From Planctomycetota bacterium (GTDB lineage: Bacteria; Planctomycetota; J058), in NCBI GenBank assembly GCA_019636275.1, contig JAHBXY010000019.1:8764-72763 (forward strand): a stretch of DNA of 64,000 bases, written 5' to 3'. The position numbers and the translations under genes are program-made. The notes under the pieces are model-generated. The model was not told the origin of the DNA. It ran no database searches and saw only the letters and a program-made list of their open reading frames with translations. Positions 60,094 to 64,000 of the stretch are shown here, in pieces (within the stretch, counting starts at the first letter, position 1; each line of letters opens with the position of its first letter).

Positions 60094-61410
60094 TCAGACC
60101 TGGGGCGTGACCTTCTGGATCCAGCTCGCGTAGTCGTCGTAGCCGACCTCGCGCTGCCGCGCGCGGGCGCGCTCGAGCAGGGCATCGACCTTCTCGGCCG
60201 GCAGCGGCCCCTTCCGCGCGAGGTGCTCCGTCACGGCGGCGGCCGTCGTGGCGGCGGCCGCGCTGGCCGGGCCGCAGTCGAGGTAGCGGTCGATCAGGTG
60301 CTGAGCGACCTGCTTGCCATGGTCGAGCGACGCCTTGATGTTGCCCTGGCCGGTCACGACGTTGCCCGAGGCGAAGACGCCGGGCAGCGGGCCGTACTCG
60401 CCCGTGTCCCAGTCCTTGAACGCGTAGTAGACGCCCTTCATCTCCACGCCGGTCAGCGGCTCGGGGATGCTGCCGATCGAGCTGACGACCAGGTCGGTGC
60501 GCAGGGTCTCCTCGGTGCCGGGGACCGGGGCGGCGTCGCGCCCCTGCACCTCGGACTTGCAGACGACCAGGCCGCGCAGCCGGCCGTCCTCGATCACCAG
60601 CTCGCGCGTGAGCGTCTGCGGGCGCACCTGGAAGAGGAAGTTCGACTGGCACTTCGACAGGATCTTGTGCCGGACCTCGCCCGCCTTGGCGATCTGCTTC
60701 TCGTTGGCCCCCTTGGGCATGGGCGACAGCGGCATGTCGTCGATGCGCCGGCGGTAGAGGAGGATGCCGCCCTTGACCCCGAGCGCGGACGGGTCGTCGA
60801 TGCCGTGCGCCTGGCAGTACTTGGGGATCCCCTCGTGCTCCATGGCGATCACGTCGGGCGTGACGCCGCGGGCGCGCAGGGCGCGCGCGTAGAGCTCGAG
60901 CTGGATGATCTTGATCACGTCGATCGAGGCCAGGCCGCCGCCGACCACGACCGCCTCGTCGGGCACCTCGTAGCGCGGGCCGGCGTAGCCGACCTCGTGG
61001 TAGTGGTTGAACCAGTAGACGAACGGGTTCTGGTAGACGAGGCCGCGGTCGACCACGTCGCCCGCCCCGGCCGCGTCGAGCGGGCGGTCCTTCCAGGCCC
61101 CGTTGGCCAGCACGACCGCGCTCCAGCCCCAGTCGCGGGCGAGCGCGAGGAAGTCGAGGTCCTGGCCGAGCTTCGTCCGCGGGACGAAGGTCACGCCGGG
61201 CCGGCGCAGCCGCTCGTCGATCTTGCGGTACTCCATCTCCCGCTGCTTGTCGTGCCAGCGGGGCAGGCCGTCCTCGATCTTCCCGTACGGGCGCTCGTTC
61301 TGCTCGAAGACGACCACCTGGCAGCCGGCGGCGGCCAGGATCTCGGCCACCGTCGAGCCGGCGGTGGCGCCGCCGATCACGGCGACGGCGTGGCAGGGCT
61401 TGTCGACCAT
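60094..61410 (-). CDS. FAD/NAD(P)-binding oxidoreductase (adrenodoxin-reductase/FprA-like)
   Basis: Two dinucleotide-binding motifs (VAVIGGATAGS and VVVGGGLASIDV); 438 aa. Confidence 0.7.
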   Translation of the reverse strand: MVDKPCHAVAVIGGATAGSTVAEILAAAGCQVVVFEQNERPYGKIEDGLPRWHDKQREMEYRKIDERLRRPGVTFVPRTKLGQDLDFLALARDWGWSAVVLANGAWKDRPLDAAGAGDVVDRGLVYQNPFVYWFNHYHEVGYAGPRYEVPDEAVVVGGGLASIDVIKIIQLELYARALRARGVTPDVIAMEHEGIPKYCQAHGIDDPSALGVKGGILLYRRRIDDMPLSPMPKGANEKQIAKAGEVRHKILSKCQSNFLFQVRPQTLTRELVIEDGRLRGLVVCKSEVQGRDAAPVPGTEETLRTDLVVSSIGSIPEPLTGVEMKGVYYAFKDWDTGEYGPLPGVFASGNVVTGQGNIKASLDHGKQVAQHLIDRYLDCGPASAAAATTAAAVTEHLARKGPLPAEKVDALLERARARQREVGYDDYASWIQKVTPQV

Positions 61411-61498
61411 TCCTCGCGCTCCCCCTCCGCCGCGGCCGCGGCGAGGAGCGCATCGTAAGCGCTCGGGGCCCTCACGAAAACATGCCCCGCGCCATCGA

Positions 61499-62152
61499 TC
61501 AGCCCTCGTCGCCCTGCTGGCGCTTCTTGTCCCGGGCGGCCCAGGCCTTGCCGATCACCGGCACGGCCTGCTTCCAGCGGGTGAAGTCGATCCACAGCTC
61601 GCGGGCGATCGTGTAGGCGTCGGCGATGAGGAAGGCGGCCACGAGGACGAGCGCCATGCCGCCGAAGATCAGCGGGTCGATCTCGCGCGTCTTCTCGCTC
61701 GGGTCGCGCTGCAGGGTCGAGCCCTCGGGCGCCTCGACGCGCTGGCGGTCGCGCCACACCTGGAACACGAACTGCGCCGCGACGAAGGTCACCAGGCCGC
61801 CCGAGGCGCCCAGCCAGAAGCGCACGACCAGGCGCCGGCGGGCGTCCTCCTTGCGCTGCGCCTCGGCGACGATGTCCGACTGCGTGCGGGGCGCGCGGGC
61901 GCCGGGGCCGTCCTCGAGGAGGAGCATGCGGCAGGGCTTGCAGGCGGCCGTGTGAGCGAGGAGCCGCGCGACGGTCTCGGGGCCGAGCTGGTGCTCGACC
62001 GCCAGCGGCGCCTCGTAGGCGTCGGACAGGGCGCGCAGGGCGCGCGCCAGCTCCGGGTCCGCGCCCTCGCCCTCGGCCGGCGGCGGCCGGTCCTTGATCG
62101 CCCACATGAGCGCGAAGAGCTGGTCGTCGCGCAGGTGCTCGTCGTCCGTCAT
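61499..62152 (-). CDS. hypothetical membrane protein
   Basis: Two predicted TM helices (GGLVTFVAAQFVFQVW; GGMALVLVAAFLIADAY); divergent from the downstream SDR. Confidence 0.45.
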   Translation of the reverse strand: MTDDEHLRDDQLFALMWAIKDRPPPAEGEGADPELARALRALSDAYEAPLAVEHQLGPETVARLLAHTAACKPCRMLLLEDGPGARAPRTQSDIVAEAQRKEDARRRLVVRFWLGASGGLVTFVAAQFVFQVWRDRQRVEAPEGSTLQRDPSEKTREIDPLIFGGMALVLVAAFLIADAYTIARELWIDFTRWKQAVPVIGKAWAARDKKRQQGDEG

Positions 62153-62217
62153 CCCCGTGATCCTACCCGGGCCGGCGCGGGATGGACGGACGCCGCCTCG
62201 TCGCGCATCATCTCTCC

Positions 62218-62982
62218 ATGACGCAACGAATGGACGACGACCGCGGCCTCACGGGACGGGTCGCCCTGGTGACGGGGGCGGGCAAGGGGATCGGCGCGGC
62301 GACCGCCGTGCAGCTCGCGTCGGCGGGCGCGCGCGTGGCGCTCGCCGCGCGCACCGACGGCGACCTGGCGAAGATCGCCGCGTTCATCCACGAGAGCGGC
62401 GGCGAGGCCCTGCCGGTCCGCTGCGACGTGACCGACGAGGCGCAGGTCGAGCGGCTGTTCCGCGAGGTCGGCGACCGCCTCGGCCCGGTCGACGTGCTCG
62501 TGAACAACGCCGGGCTCGCGGCGGCCGCGCCCTTCGACGAGCAGGCGACGGCCGAGTGGCGGCGGCTCCTGGACACGAACCTCGTCTCGACGCTCCTCTG
62601 CGCGCGCGCCGCCCTGCGCGACATGCGCGCGCGCCGGCGGGGCGTGATCGTCAACGTGGCCAGCGTGTCGGGCGTGTCGGGCGTGGAGAAGCTCCCCGGG
62701 CTGTGCGTCTACGCCGCCGCCAAGGCCGGTGTGATCGCCTTCAGCGAGGCCCTCGCCGCCGAGGCCCGCCCGCACGGCGTGCGCGTCCTGTGCGTGAGCC
62801 CGGCCTCGGTCAAGACCGACGGCCTGCGCGCCGTCGCCCCGCCCGAGGTCGTGGACAAGGCCATGACGCCGGGGCGCGTGGCCGGCCTGATCACCTTCCT
62901 CTGCGGCGACGTGGCCAGCGCCGTCAGCGGGTCGAACCTCGTCGTGTGGGGGCCGCCGGCGACGACGCCGGCGGCGGTCTGA
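62218..62982 (+). CDS. short-chain dehydrogenase/reductase (3-oxoacyl-ACP-reductase-like)
   Basis: TGAGKGIG, NNAG, S…YAAAKAG motifs; the start is taken at the second in-frame ATG (MTQRMDDDRGLTGRVALVTGAG). Confidence 0.8.
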   Translation: MTQRMDDDRGLTGRVALVTGAGKGIGAATAVQLASAGARVALAARTDGDLAKIAAFIHESGGEALPVRCDVTDEAQVERLFREVGDRLGPVDVLVNNAGLAAAAPFDEQATAEWRRLLDTNLVSTLLCARAALRDMRARRRGVIVNVASVSGVSGVEKLPGLCVYAAAKAGVIAFSEALAAEARPHGVRVLCVSPASVKTDGLRAVAPPEVVDKAMTPGRVAGLITFLCGDVASAVSGSNLVVWGPPATTPAAV

Positions 62983-63018
62983 CCGACCCCGTCGAGTGAC
63001 GCGGCGGCCAGGCCGCGC

Positions 63019-63557
63019 TCAGCCGGGTGGCTCGTCGTCGCGCGAGAGCAGGCCGGCGCCGGCCAGGACGGCGGCGGCGAGCGCGGCGGCGAGCGCGGAG
63101 GGCGCGCCCCGGCGGCCCGCGAGCGGCGACCACGCTGTCGCCGCGCCGGCCAGGGTCGCCAGCGCGAGCACGGCGACTCCGCGCAGGCGCCCCGGCGCGC
63201 CGCCCCGACGCGCCGCACCCCCACGCACGCCGCGCCGGCCAGCGCGCCGGCCAGGGCCACGGTCACGACCAGGGGCGTCGTCGGTCGCGCGTCGAGGAGC
63301 CCGGCGCCCCGCCCGGCCAGGAAGAGCAGCTCGAGCAGGAGGACGCTCAGCGCCGCGCCCGCCGGGACCTGCACGAGGAGCGCGCCCGCCGCCGTCGCGC
63401 CGTCGAACAGGCGCCGGGGCAGGTGCTGCTCCGGCCCCTGCGCCGGGCGCGCCCGCCAGGCCGTGACGGCCTCGAGCCCGGACAGCAGCAGGTCGAGCAG
63501 CGCGAGCGTCAACGCCGTCACGACGACGACGACGCCGGTCAGCACCCAGCCGCTCAT
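63019..63557 (-). CDS. hypothetical polytopic membrane protein, apparently frameshifted near 63200
   Basis: Three or more hydrophobic helices from the start at 63557, then GC-frame noise; the hydrophobic C-terminus continues in the frame of ORF 63019..63621. Confidence 0.3.
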
Positions 63558-63980
63558 GGCGCCGGGTCCGTCGGCTCACCCGGACCGGCGACGCCGTCGA
63601 CGCTCGGCGTCGGGCGGGCAAACGACTCGCTCGCTCCGGCCGGCGCGAGGAGCGCGGCGGCGAGCGTCGCCGCCGTGGAGAGGAGGATCACCGGCCCGAA
63701 CAGCGAGTCGCGACGGCCTCGAGCCCGGCCAGCAGCAGGTCGAGCCACGCGAGCGTCAGCGCCGTCACGACGATCCACGACGACGGCCAGCACCCGGCCG
63801 CTCATGGCGCCGGGTCCGTCGGCTCGGTCGAACCAGCGACGGCGTCGATCCTCGGCGCCGGGCGGACGCACGGCTCGCGCGCTCCGGACGGCGCGAGGAG
63901 CGCGGCGCCAAGCGCACCGGCGAGCGTCGCCGCCGTGGAGAGGAGGATCACCGGCACGAACAGCGAGTCGCTCACGCGTC
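63466..63980. repeat. tandem duplication (2 × about 245 bp) reaching the window edge
   Basis: gacggcctcgagcccgg[a/c]cagcagcaggtcgag… recurs at 63466 and 63711. Each unit carries the 5' end of the membrane-protein gene (MSGxVL…) and a small TM peptide (…VILLSTAATLAAALLAP…). Confidence 0.6.
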
Positions 63981-64000
63981 GTCGGCCGCCGGGCGCTCGG

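Overview
This 64 kb window is very GC-rich (about 72–73 %) and almost fully coding. It looks like a myxobacterial (Myxococcota-type) chromosome, not a mobile element. I found no rRNA, tRNA, CRISPR array, IS element or transposase. Arg/Ala/Gly/Pro-rich open frames occur in every frame and most of the six-frame track is artefact; calls rest on recognisable motifs, operon structure and overlapping start/stop codons.

The window contains seven Hanks-type Ser/Thr kinase domains. Three are membrane kinases with C-terminal TPR domains, and two of those have broken reading frames in the juxtamembrane linker. One is a receiver-kinase fusion, one is a probable pseudokinase (HGD loop), and two carry N-terminal T2SSE_N/MshEN-like domains.

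The housekeeping content is a complete suf Fe-S operon (Rrf2 regulator, sufB, sufC, sufD, sufS, sufU, sufT), plus mutM, glgP, two SDRs (one CsgA/C-signal-like) and an oxygenase–oxidoreductase–glycosyltransferase operon.

The most unusual locus is a translationally coupled minus-strand cluster at 37.3–48.1 kb. It combines three secretion-superfamily ATPases with signalling modules: a GAF-fused GspE/PilB-like ATPase, a zinc-ribbon GspE-like ATPase and a PilT-like ATPase, plus an acidic-repeat T2SSE_N protein, a stand-alone GAF protein and a receiver–Ser/Thr kinase. No pilin, platform protein, secretin or prepilin peptidase is present in the window.

Other unusual items:
- a metallo-β-lactamase-fold protein fused to two cNMP-binding domains (Dictyostelium PdeD/E-like architecture);
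- a pseudokinase gene interrupted by about 20 copies of a 39-bp repeat whose indels shift the frame;
- a lipoprotein gene flanked by about 54-bp direct repeats;
- a sensor kinase with two complete transmitter modules;
- a roughly 245-bp tandem duplication at the right edge.
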